A stretch of DNA of 52,203 nucleotides, taken from the NCBI RefSeq assembly GCF_018977255.1, contig NW_024705353.1, forward strand, positions 1-52,203, in the 5' to 3' direction. Below are positions 27,601 to 37,373 of this stretch, one piece after another. This DNA is from Callorhinchus milii. Its lineage: Eukaryota. Each line of letters begins with the position of its first letter. Within the stretch, counting starts at the first letter, position 1. Made by a program: the position numbers and the translations under genes. The notes under the pieces are model-generated. The model had not been told where the DNA came from and did no database searches. It saw only the letters and a program-made list of their open reading frames with translations.

Positions 27601-30600
27601 AGTGTAATCCCTCAGTGTACGGGTGTGAGTCAGGCTAATGTCGTGGCTTCTGCAGCCTGGCCTGTAATCTCCAGGAGCAGGGCAGTGGATGTGTCTCTAT
27701 TCTCTCATCCTACAAATACTGTGAGCTCTAGAACTGGGAAAGAGAATTTCTGTGGCCGGGAGCTCTCAGGAGCTGAAAATGGTGACTCTTAACCAGGGCC
27801 AGGGGAACCCACACCTGTCAGACTGAACTCAGGTTGAGGGAGAAGTGTTAGGGGTGAAACATGTTGTAATAGAGTAACAAGCAATGTACTGGAGAAGGCG
27901 ACCACATCACTCCCACCCTCGCTCGCCTCCACTGGCTCCCCATACCCCAGAGGATCGAATTCAAGATTTTAATCCTCACCTACAAGGCCATTCACGGCCT
28001 CGCTCCCTCCTACCTCTCCGACCTACTAACCCCCTACTTACCTGCCCGTACCCTCCGTCCCTTTGGCTCCGGTCTGCTCCACATCCTCCGCCCCAACCGC
28101 CCTAACATCGGTGGCCGGGCCTTCAGCCTCTCAACCCCGAGGCTCTGGAAATCCATCCACCAGTGCGTTCGCCGCTTCCTTCTTCAAGGCCCGTCTCAAG
28201 ACCCTTGTCTTTGACCGTGCCTTCAGCTCCCCTCTCGACTCCCTACGCGCTCCTCGCTCCCTCCCTTCCTTCTCCTCACCCTGATCATTTCCCCCTTGCT
28301 TGGGTCCCGACCCAACTGTCCAGCGCCTTGCGACATACTCCCGACGTGAAAGGCGCACTATAAATGAAATCTTGTAGTTGAGAAGGTGTGGCTGGATAAG
28401 TGGGATGGCCAAGCCCTCGGGAGGTCTCTTAGCCCTGGAATGCAGCAATGGTGGTGTGGGGTTGGCTGCCTTCGGAAGGAAGCCTCCGGCATAAGGAAAT
28501 GGTTCACGGGTGTGAGTCCTGTGGCCTGAGCTGGGGGAAAGCTCAGAGGGTTAGAGATCAGGGGCCATTCCGCTTTTCAGAGACTCTAGTTTCGGGAGAA
28601 ACACGTCCTGTAGGAATGAACTGGAACCACTGAACTACGTCTCTTTGTACAATTTCCTTTCTGTCTGACCTCGTTTCACGTTACAATATAGTCAGTAAAG
28701 TCGGAGTGAGGAACCAATCCCAATAACACCAGCAATCTGGGAATGTCACCAAAGGGCTCAGGGTGTTGAGCGCCAGGTGTGTGGAATGTCAGCCATTCAC
28801 CTCCCAATCACACAGTTCAGGATTGCGGTGAGTGACGGCCATCACTGTTACCTCCAGCTGTGCGATACCATTCTCCCATTGAGCAGCTGGTGTTTAATGT
28901 CTGTAACATCCTGGAGAATGGCTTTGAAATAAGAAAAATAAGAATAACAAGAATAAGGTTTACGAACAGAGTAAACTTACTGCAACTCCTGACACTTGTG
29001 CAGAGCAGGAACCAGACGCTGGAGACCCTCATACCGAATGTAGCAGTTCCTCAGATTCAGTTGTTTTATTGTGTCACAAAGTCCAATAGCCTGAGACAGC
29101 ACAACACAGTCTATCGGTGTCAGTGTCAATGCTTTCCGCGGAGAGTCATCACCAAATGTCAGTGTGTGTACAGAGCCCAGTGTTTGCTGTGCCAGGGCTT
29201 GATTCTGAGACTCAAACAGGTAGTGGAGCGTCTTCAGCAGCTTCCCTTTCCCAGTGATGGTGTCTGTGTCTTTAATCTGAGCTTCAAACTTCTCCCCCAG
29301 CCAATCGATCACCGCACAGGTTGTCTGATGAACAAATGGCCCCAGAAAATCCTCCAGTGGCTGAGCTGCCCGTGGGGAGGAGAGACCAGCAACAAAGCGC
29401 AGGAATATCTCAAACCGGCCGTCCTCCTCCATGTCACTGCGGATCAAACACCGCATGGTGCGTTTGGAATCAGGAGAGAGGAACTGAGCGAGTGCGGCTA
29501 CAAACTCCTGGATGGTGAGGTGCGGGAATGTGTAGACCACGCTGTGCTCTGAAGACTCTCTCTCCACAAGTTCCATGAGAAAGCCAGAGAGGAACTGGGA
29601 AGGTTGGAGGTTAGATTTCACCAGATCTTCAGAATAAAAGACAATGTTTCTATGGGAGACTCCAGTGAAGGCCATGTCACCGATCTTCAGCATCACATCA
29701 CGGGGGCTATCCATCCTGACACTGTGATATGACAAGATGTTATAAATATAATAGGAGAAGAGTTGTGTGACTGTCTTGGGAACTCGCTGTTTGTTGCTGT
29801 GTTTCCGTGTAAAGAAGGGACCCAGAGACAGAGCGAGGATCCAGCAGTAGGACGGGTTGTAGCACATGGTGAGCAGGAGCTCGTTCTCCTCCACGTGGCT
29901 GTAAACAGCAGCCGCCACCTCCTGATCTTCAAAAAACTTGTGAAAATATTCCCTTCTCTCTTCACCCACAAATCCCAGGATTTCAGCCCAGACACTGACC
30001 TGAGCCTTTGCCAGTAAATGTAATGCAGTGGGGCGGCTGGTCACCAGCACTGAGCAGCCTGGCAGCAGCTTTTTCTGTATTAAACTGTACACAATGTCAG
30101 AACATCACAGAGGAATTCAGGGTCTGTGCACCTGCGCTGAGGCTCTGTTTCTCTCCGACTGTCAGCGAAATCAATCCTTGTCCTGAATTCATCCAAACCA
30201 TCAAATATAAAGAGCAATGTCTCTGGGTGTTTCCACAGCTCATCCAAAACACCCCTGAGGTAAGGATACTGCTCCCCGATCAGACGGCTCAGTGTTGCTC
30301 TGTCATAAAGTCTGTTTAGGTCTCTGAACTTAAAAACAAATACAAAGTGGAAGCGTGGATAGATTTTGCCTGTGGCCCAGTCATGGACAATCTTTTGCAC
30401 CATGGTTGTTTTTCCAATCCCAGCCACTCCACTCACTACTGCGGAAGTCCCAGTGGGAGAGTCAGAACCGCTTCCCTGAGAGGAGTGTAAATGACTTCCT
30501 TTTGAGAAGCTGCTGTGGAACAGTTTATCAGTTCGGATTTTTTCCAGCTCTCCCCGGAGTTGCTTCTGTCTCCACTCCTCGTGTTCTCTGCCTCTCGCCA

Positions 30601-33600
30601 GCAGCTCATGTTCTACCAGTTCCCGGTCACGTACATCAGAAATAATTGTTAACTCCGTGTAGCGATCTACCAGCTGAAATTTCTGCACCTTCTCCTTTAT
30701 CAGGATGGTCTTCAACTCCAGTTTCTCACATTGTTTCTGTAACGTCTCCTTGTGTAATCGCTGAATAGCTTCATGTCCAACATTACAAAATCATAAAGTA
30801 AATAGAAGAATTATTGAGCTTTATTGAATAATAATACTTAGAATCATTCATGGCCTTTCAAGGCAGAAGGACTACCCAAAGCGCTGCTAGATTTACTGTT
30901 AGGTGTAGTGGCTTTGTTTTGTTGGCAAACACAGCAGCTAATTTGTGCACAGCGATGTGCCACACGCAGCCGTGAAGTGATTGATCACATTTATTTGAGA
31001 GATTTGGCCAGGAAACCGGAGAGAGAAACTCCCACTCTTTTCAAATAGTATTGTGAGGTTTTTGATGTCCACCTGAAAAGGGAGACAGGACCTCGGTTTT
31101 ATATCCCAATAGCGGCATCTCCAACAATGCACATATCCCAGAACTGCACTGGAGTGTCAACTCATCCGGTTGATATGAACTTGAACCCACAGCGTCTGAC
31201 TCCGAGACAAAAGGAACACCAATTGAGCCTGGCAAACAAGGGTTAAACAATCTGAATTACATGCACACCATGGGAGATTTTCAGGCCATTATATGACGAC
31301 TTGTGAGACGTTATCTCTAATTTATTTTGAGAAAAATCATTGCAAAGCAATATTTGCTGAAATATGTAAGAATCGAATAAGGATCATTCACCTCCCTCCT
31401 CATTTTCAATCCTCCCTTTTCCGCTACTCTCCCTATTTATCTGCCTCCTACACTCTCTCATCCTCATTTGAATTTTTCTGGAAATCATCAAGTAAATGGA
31501 AAAGTGTTAAACTGTGTATTTCAGAAGTGATTGACTGGCTTGAATCTTGTCACTGTCTCATACCTATCATACCAATGGAGACGTCTGGTACACTTCCGTC
31601 GATGGACACCTCATTCACTAGACTGGCACCTGTTTGAATAGAATTAATATTACTAGCTTGAATGAACTTTGTCTCAATACTCTTTGAGTAAAATCTGTAA
31701 CTCGCCACAGAATGGAGACACTGCGTACCATCACACATTCATAGAATGTTACAGCACAGAAGGAGGCCATTTGGCCCATGGTAATATGTATAAAATTACC
31801 TTGTTCCTGTATTTCAGTCATGATTTTGTTCAGTTTGGGCAAAGTGGACTTCATTTCCACAAAGGATTCCCACATCACTATCCTGGCTTGGGAACCGTTC
31901 CCCATCACCAGATCCAGAAGAAATTTCGAACTTTGTGCCTTCTGCCCCCTATGTGTGAGCTCTGTGAGTTTCTGCAGAGAGTGAGCATTAATGTATTGAA
32001 GATGGAGTGAAACATAAACAGTGACAGTGATCAGCAATACCCAGAACAATTGATGGCGTGGCTCGATTTGCTATCTCTTCCCTCCACAAACTGCTTTCCT
32101 CTGTGATTATGCCTTTGATCATTTTCCCTCCCCTTCCCTTCCGAAATCCAGATCGGGCTCTAACTTTCAACTGTCAGTGCCTTGAGACTGCCTCGCCAAG
32201 TGAACGGTGCTATTCAAATGCTATATAAACAGACTCCTATTACACTGTGCAGTACTGCTCCACTACAAACATAGAGTACATGGCCTGCGTTATAACATAA
32301 CTGGCTGGTGAAGTCTTTATTGCCATTCTTCTGATTTCCTGATAACAGCAGCACATGAGCCGTGCAGACAGGCACAGATTTTCTGAGCTTTTAACAAATG
32401 AAATGGAAACCTCTGACTCAAACCTACTTTGTGTTCCTGGGGGCTGAAACATTCCTTCTCTGTCAGCCTTGAGCTGATGTCCTCCACACCTTCCTCAATG
32501 GCCTGTTCCAATCTGTCCCGATAGAACTTTGTCAGTCTGTACAGCTGGTACCCGTTGTACAGGGCCAGGGTCTCGGTGAATAAGGTGCTTGTGCCTGTTA
32601 GTAACCCATAAAAAAGTTAGTCAGATATGATTTTACTTGTATTCTCTAAAAATATATTTCAGGAAATATTACATTTATTCTTGCAAAAAATCAGAATAAA
32701 CCATCATCCATTGGCCTAAAATACCATTTGGTAGCTAACATCAGAGAGCTGCCAGCCTGGCTCAGTTGGTATCATTCCCGTTCCTGAGAAGGTTGTTTTG
32801 TTCTGGTTCTTTTGCCTATTATCTTAAGTCTGTGTCCCTCATTCACGGACCCTCAAGAGAAACAGTTATAGCCGCTCTACTCTCAAAATCCCTCATAATT
32901 TTTGAACACGTGTATTAAATCTATTAAGATAAACCTATCAGAGCGTTTTGAGGGTTGAAGCCACACGGCGGGAAATGGAACTCATATCTTCTCACTGCAA
33001 AGCAGGTCACTGCTGGGGTATCCTGCACTGCTGAGCTGCCAACTTCAGACTGGGTACTAAACCAACGTCCCATTTGTTGTTGCTCTGCGTTGGTTAAAAC
33101 AAGGGAGTTGCTCCCGCTATCCTGGATAAATAAACACCAAACAAAATTGGTCTCTCACACCTTGGCTATTTGAGGAACATTGTTGTTTGCATATTGTCAC
33201 ATTTTCCCACGAGACTCACAGTCACATTCGCTTTGGGTTGTCTTCCTGATATGGAATGACCTTTATTACATGATTTGCAGCTAAATCAAACCAAAGACTA
33301 CTAGTATTTTTTTTATTGTGCATATTATGTTTATACGAATGCCACACTGAACATTCCCTTTGTCTGGAATAGAGTAACGTTCAGTGTTATGGCTTGCAGA
33401 TTGCCAACTACTATGTCTACAACAACAACTTGGATTTATACAGTGCTCTCCAGAGCGTCTCAGAGCTTCACAGTAATGGATCTTGGGACCTAGCCGTGGT
33501 GTATGTGGGAGGTGGGGGTGGGAGTCCAAGGTGACCAAAGGCGCGATCGAAAAGAAAGGTTTTCAGCAGAGACCTGAAAATAGGAAGAGCGGGGTCGAGC

Positions 33601-36600
33601 CTAATGGAGTGAGGAGGGGAGTTCCAGAGCTCCTCGGGGAGTAGTGGCTGGTGGCAGATGATTCGGGGGACAAGGAGGACGCCAGATCCGGTGGAGCGAA
33701 GGCAACGGGCACTGCTGTGATGAGAGAGGAGGTAAGAGAGGTCGGGGGCTGGAGAGGAGTGGGGGGATTTGAAGACATGTTGAGGATCTTCAAGTCGATC
33801 CTCTCTGGGACAGGCAGCTATGCAGTCTGGCCAGGACTGGGGGATCGGGGAGCGGAGTTTGGTGCCGGTGAGAGTTCTGAATCATCTGGATTTCACGAAT
33901 GGATCGGAGGCCGGCGAGGAGGGCGTTAGAATAGCCCAGACGAGAGGTGACAATGGCATGAACCAGGGTTTCAGCTGCTTTTGTGGTGAGATATTGGCGG
34001 AGACGGGCGATGCGTCGAAAGTGGAAAAAAGCGGTGCTGGTGAGGGACCGGATGTGGGAGAGGAAGGATATTTGGGGGTCGATCCTGACGCCTTGGTTAC
34101 GTATGGGTGCGGAAAGTTTTAGGGGCGGTCGGGTTTGTGGAGGAGGTGAGAACCGTGAAACTTCAGTAGTTGACGGGAGACAAAGAATATGGCTTCTGTT
34201 TTGTCAACTTTCAGCTGAAGGAAATTCGCGCTCATCCAGCCCCTGAGATCCGACAGTCAGGTGACAGAACATCAGGGGCTGGGGGTCGAAGAGAGAGCTG
34301 GAAAAATAGTTGGGTGTTGTCCCCGTACATGTGGGAATGTACCCCATATCTGCGGATGACATCCCCAAGAGAGAGCATGTAGATCAGTAAGAGGAGGAGG
34401 CCAAGGATGGATCCTTGGGGTACTCGCAGGTGACCGGGTGACAGCGGGAGGAGAAGCCGTTAGTGCAGATGTACTGCTGGCAGTTTGTGAGGTTGGACTC
34501 GGACCAGGCGAGTGCGGTCCCACTGAGATGGATGACGGAGGGAAGGCGGTGGAGTACGATGGCATGATCGAACTGTGTCAAACGCAGCGGAGAGGTCCAG
34601 GACGACAAGGAGGCAGAGGGAGCTCTGGTCACAGATAGAGAGGATGTCGTTTGTGACTTTCATAAGTGCAGTCTCTGTACTGTGGGCATAAACCGGATTG
34701 GAGGTGTTCGTAGAGGAAGTGGGAGGAAAGGTGTGCGCGCAGTTGTTTGGCAACAATGCGCTCTATGACTTTTGCGAGGAAGGGAAGTTTAGAAATAGGG
34801 CGGTAATGGCTGGGGTTTGAGAGATCTTGCGAAGGTTTTTTTTAGGAAGGGTGTGATGGCAGCAGTTTTGAGGGGGGCAGGGTCTGATCCGTAGGGAGGG
34901 ACTGGTTGATGATGTCAGCCAATAGTGGCCAGAGGAAGGGGAGCTGTGTGACCAGCAAGTTGGTGGGGAGGGGATCGAGGCAGCAGGTGGTGGTTTCATG
35001 GAGGTGATGGTAGGTGAGAGGGAGGAGGGAGAGATGGGGAGGAAGGAATGTAGGATGGGGGTCGAGGTAGGAGCTGCTGATGGGGAGGGTGAGGAGGGCA
35101 GAGAGGGTTGGTGGTGGGCGACAAGAGGCAGGTGGATGAGGCTGCCTGTCGGATATTACATATTTTAGATGAAAAGATGTCTATGGGGTATCCAGCGTTT
35201 ATGTTGTGTCTCACTGCGGTAGTTTATCACAAAAGCAACACAGCTAAAACTATTCAGAGCACTGAACCTAATATGTGTCCATTGTTTATCTCGCTGGGAC
35301 CACTCAATAACAACTGGCCTTCACGCCCCTCCCTTCAACTGGGGAGCCAGTGGCAAGGTGGAGGCATTGAGGGAGAGACTTAGAGAGCTTTGTGGCGTAG
35401 TGGCTGAAGGGACGGTCACCGATGGTGGAGCGGAAGGGGCGAGGGCCAAACAGGAGGCCGGAGCAGGCCAAGCTGAGACAGGGGGTGTAGGACTGGGGGT
35501 TGAGTATGTCGGTGAAATGCATGTCGGCATTTGAAAATGAGAGAAAGGAACTTGAAGTCGATCCGTTCGGAAATTGTGTGCCAGTGCAGCCTGGCAAGGA
35601 ATGGTGTGATGACACTCCAGAGCTTTGTGTTGGTTAGTATCCGGATGGCGGAGTTAATTGAATATCGTTTATGGTGGATCTTGGGAGACGAACATGGAGG
35701 GCATTTGGAATGTCCAGCTGGGAGGTGGCAAAGGCGCGGATGAGGTGGAAGCTGTGGGTGTGAGTTATGGTCAGAGGAGGGCAATGCAACAGAGGTGGAA
35801 ACAAACGATCCTGGTCAGGGATCGGATGTGGGGAAGACAGGAAAGCTGTGGATCTAACCTGACTCCTAGGTTATGTACGAGTTTGGTGCGTTTGGTCGAG
35901 ATCCTGGGGAGGTTGAGGGGTTTGGACGCACAGGAACGAAGAGGTTGGTGGGAGCCTAATGGTGTGGCTTCCGTCTTGCAGACGTTCAGCTGCAGAAAGT
36001 TTGTGCTCATCCAGACCTCGTTGTCTGTCAGACAAACTGACAGGACATTGGTGGACTGGGAGACGTAAATGGAGAAGCAGGAGGCGAAGAAGTAGATTTG
36101 AGTGTCATCCGCATACATGTAGGCTGTATCCACTCTACCCATAAGGGCGGTGGATTACAGCGATAACAGGAGCTGTAAGTGAAAGACTAGACATGGCGGA
36201 ATAATCCATTCCCCCAAGACTAGTCTTTCACTGCAAGACTTGCCCATGTGCCAGGCTGGTTGTCACTGCACAACCTGCCCATGTAACAGGCTGTCTGGTC
36301 TGTCACTGACAAACTTGCCCATGTGCCAGGCTGGCTGGTCTATCAATGCAAAACTTGCCCATATGCCAGGCTGGCTGGTCTGTCACTGCAAAACGTGCCC
36401 ATTTGCCCGGCTGGCTTGTCTGTCACTGCAAAACTTGCCCATGTGCCAGGCTGGCTGGTCTGTCATCACCTGGGATTTGGTTCATGAAGCGTTAAACAAG
36501 TCCCAGATCTTCAGTTAAACAAACTGGGAGTTTGCTCAATCAAAATCGACATTGACAGATCTCCCAGTTCCAAGGCTGGTGAGATAAACGTATTTATTTG

Positions 36601-36780
36601 TGTGTAAAAGTACTTAATAAACTATTTACCTTTGTTCGTTATCGTCTCTTTAAGATTTTCCTCAAAGTCAGGTAAAGAGAAGACATTGCCTTCTGGTGGG
36701 TTGCCAGGTGTCTGATGCACACCGCAGATCATCGCATCGCCTTCTGCATTGGCTATCGGTTCAGTTTCAATGGAAGCCAT
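2936..36780 (-). CDS. NLR-family gene (CARD-like N-terminus + NACHT + ribonuclease-inhibitor-type LRRs), multi-exon; about 981 aa if the duplicated block is counted once (about 1096 aa if twice), after repairing indels
   Basis: Exon chain built by hand with GT-AG boundaries and matching phases: 36780-36630, 32594-32428, 31971-31800, 31629-31564, 30768-28981, 22649-22563, 20465-20296, 16972-16886, [12694-12608, 10582-10416, 7119-7033], 3357-3190, 3023-2936. NACHT and LRR motifs are clear. Orthology to a named NLR is not claimed. Confidence 0.88.
3190..3357 (-). CDS. Penultimate LRR exon, 168 nt ([55 protein letters not shown])
   Basis: tctgcag acceptor, GG|gtgagt donor, phase 2-2, LRR consensus. 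Confidence 0.92.
3465..5589. repeat. Degenerate CA-rich microsatellite intron fill (also about 10690-12455, 13794-15454, 20570-22410)
   Basis: Low-complexity ACACAC/ACAAAC sequence. Source of the spurious HT- and CV-rich ORFs. Confidence 0.95.
5590..6246 (+). mobile_element. Solo LTR-like element
   Basis: TG...CA ends with an 8-bp inverted repeat (tgttagaa/ttctaaca), 4-bp flanking direct repeat ACAT, AATAAA near 6171 and an internal ~39-bp tandem duplication (about 5868-5945). Confidence 0.72.
6313..6795 (+). mobile_element. Second LTR-like fragment (copy at about 16172-16649)
   Basis: Complex-sequence island in CA repeats, ending in the same ttctaaca terminus. No clear TSD or matching 5' terminus. 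Confidence 0.4.
7033..7119 (-). CDS. LRR exon C', 87 nt ([28 protein letters not shown])
   Basis: gtgtccag acceptor, gtaagt donor, phase 2-2. Confidence 0.9.
7272..9865. repeat. Degenerate CT-rich satellite with a recurrent ~40-nt core (also 12835-13692, 17120-19748, 22790-24160)
   Basis: (CT)n/CTCAGT tracts interrupted by variants of ccacaaaacacagtcactacacattataatatattctctc. Confidence 0.92.
7790..7893 (+). mobile_element. SINE 3' fragment with L2-type tail (copy at about 17633-17740)
   Basis: Matches the 3' end of the SINE at 40358-40684 (tcactttacag...gtgaagcgcttt...tatatcaaacgcaaggattattatta). Confidence 0.8.
9870..10060 (-). mobile_element. tRNA-derived SINE 5' portion (copy at about 19755-19945)
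   Basis: Minus strand reads gagccctgtagctcagtggttaaagccctcgc...gtttccttactccac, the same head as the SINE at 40358. Confidence 0.8.
10416..10582 (-). CDS. LRR exon B', duplicate of 20296-20465, 167 nt with three small deletions (4 nt in total)
   Basis: Aligned by eye to exon B: missing a (about 10532), g (about 10552) and tt (about 10572). Splice sites are intact. Confidence 0.75.
12608..12694 (-). CDS. LRR exon A', duplicate of 22563-22649
   Basis: Same 87-nt exon and splice sites. Lies inside the 9.8-kb duplicated block. Confidence 0.8.
13693..13722. other. Assembly gap (30 N)
   Basis: Run of n characters. Confidence 1.
15455..16105 (+). mobile_element. Solo LTR-like element (duplicate copy)
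   Basis: Copy of 5590-6246 with the same ends and ACAT flanks. Confidence 0.72.
16886..16972 (-). CDS. LRR exon C, 87 nt ([28 protein letters not shown])
   Basis: gtgtccag acceptor, gtaagt donor, phase 2-2. Confidence 0.9.
20296..20465 (-). CDS. LRR exon B, two repeats ([54 protein letters not shown]..), 170 nt, 1 nt short of 171
   Basis: tctgcag acceptor, gtaagt donor. One base is missing near 20301 relative to the copy at 10421. Confidence 0.88.
22563..22649 (-). CDS. LRR exon A, 87 nt ([28 protein letters not shown])
   Basis: gtgtccag acceptor, gtaagt donor, phase 2-2, RI-type LRR consensus. Confidence 0.92.
24165..26290. repeat. GA-rich satellite: the CT-rich satellite in inverted orientation
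   Basis: Carries the reverse-complement core, e.g. aacatattgtaaagtgtagtgactgtgtttcgtgg (about 25107-25140) and aatatattatgaagtgtagtgacgtgttttttggg (about 25180-25214). Confidence 0.9.
26427..27385 (-). mobile_element. Degenerate L2 LINE (RT C-terminal half to 3' end)
   Basis: [38 protein letters not shown] motifs, with frameshifts. Confidence 0.88.
27898..28380 (+). mobile_element. L2 LINE 3' end, same family as 505-1017
   Basis: High similarity by eye to 525-1017, including the tail. Confidence 0.88.
28981..30768 (-). CDS. NACHT exon (NBD, HD1, winged helix, HD2, first LRRs) with a 1-nt frameshift near 30101
   Basis: Walker A GVAGIGKT (about 30430-30407), Walker [11 protein letters not shown], sensor 1 [17 protein letters not shown], winged-helix [14 protein letters not shown]. 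Split over ORFs 30080..30715 and 28977..30092. Donor TTGCA|gtaagt at 28981. The acceptor (gaag at 30769) is less certain. Confidence 0.95.
30845..31230 (-). mobile_element. Old DeuSINE (SacSINE1/AmnSINE1-like)
   Basis: Minus strand: tRNA-like head ggctcaattgg..gggttcaagt, body gacactccagtgcagt..aaaccgaggtcc..caggtggacatcaaaa, Deu-like core gctgtgcacaaattagctgctgtgtttg, tail agcgctttggg. Family assigned from memory of the consensus. Confidence 0.75.
31564..31629 (-). CDS. NLR 66-nt linker exon ([21 protein letters not shown])
   Basis: ttcaaacag acceptor, ATAG|gtatga donor, phase 1 to 1, open. An alternative in-phase donor (ATTG|gtatga) lies 9 nt earlier. Confidence 0.65.
31740..31781 (-). mobile_element. 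Short CR1-type 3' tail fragment
   Basis: catagaatgttacagcacagaaggaggccatttggcccat resembles the CR1 tail at 37374. Confidence 0.6.
31800..31971 (-). CDS. NLR N-terminal exon, second half of CARD-like domain ([57 protein letters not shown])
   Basis: tctctgcag acceptor, CAAG|gtaatt donor, 172 nt, phase 0 to 1. Lies within ORF 31618..32049. Confidence 0.87.
32428..32594 (-). CDS. NLR N-terminal exon, first half of CARD-like domain ([55 protein letters not shown])
   Basis: taacag acceptor, AAA|gtaggt donor, 167 nt, phase 1 to 0, open frame. The [22 protein letters not shown] motif is one I recall from chondrichthyan NLRs. Confidence 0.85.
32750..33275 (+). mobile_element. Highly decayed DeuSINE interrupted by a CR1-like fragment (about 32810-32925)
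   Basis: ggctcagttggta head, ctgcactg..taaacc..gggagtt..tcctgg body and cgctttggg tail. Confidence 0.5.
33419..35140 (-). mobile_element. Degenerate L2 LINE ORF2 fragment
   Basis: [15 protein letters not shown] and [16 protein letters not shown] motifs, (GTT)n tail at 33419, multiple frameshifts. Confidence 0.9.
35303..36125 (-). mobile_element. Degenerate L2 LINE fragment
   Basis: [47 protein letters not shown]. Confidence 0.88.
36223..36465. repeat. 40-bp minisatellite, about 6 copies
   Basis: Unit tcactgcaaaacttgcccatgtgccaggctggctggtctg. Confidence 0.92.
36630..36780 (-). CDS. Putative first coding segment of the NLR ([50 protein letters not shown])
   Basis: ATG at 36780 in good Kozak context (GAGATGG). 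Open to the phase-1 donor AAAG|gtaaat at 36630, which matches the phase-1 acceptor at 32594. A possible upstream acceptor (tttgcag) lies at 37164. Confidence 0.5.
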
Positions 36781-37373
36781 CTCACTCGTCGCACTAAAAA
36801 TGCTGGAACATTGGTTGGGATTTGCAACCGTACCACAATGTGTTTGGGTAACTGCAGATGTACTCGCTGTTTCATTCCCGCCAGATGTGGATGTGTTTGG
36901 TAGTGGTGATCATTTCATTGCTTCATCAGGTTTTTCGTGTCTCGGTGTTTCCTCTTTTCCAACAATGTTCCAACAAGGCGTTTCATTGCTGCAAAGTGCA
37001 GCCAAGCTGGTGGTGAATTTTGTGACAGGTGTTGAGCCTTATTTATGTTTCTTGTAGAACAACTTTTACAAGGCTGAAAGGGAATCCAGACGTGATCTAC
37101 AAGACAACACCATAAGGTTAGCTAATCCAATGACTTTCCTTCTTTCTCATATTTGACATTTATCCTGCAAATGAAGTAAATTGTGAGTCAAAATTCGTTT
37201 GCTTAAAACAAACAGGATTTAAGCACAATCTGATTTCTTCCTGATAAAGGATACATTTACTAACTTTTCTTGCATTTGGTTTCTTTCAAGTGAGGAGGAT
37301 GTCTCAAAACATTTCCCCGTTTACTGTGAATTGTCGTGAATTTGTATTTCGGAGGTGAATGCATCAGCCAATT

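Noticed and set aside
28860..29552. 230-aa plus-strand ORF
   Set aside because: Antisense shadow of the NACHT exon with no recognisable motifs.
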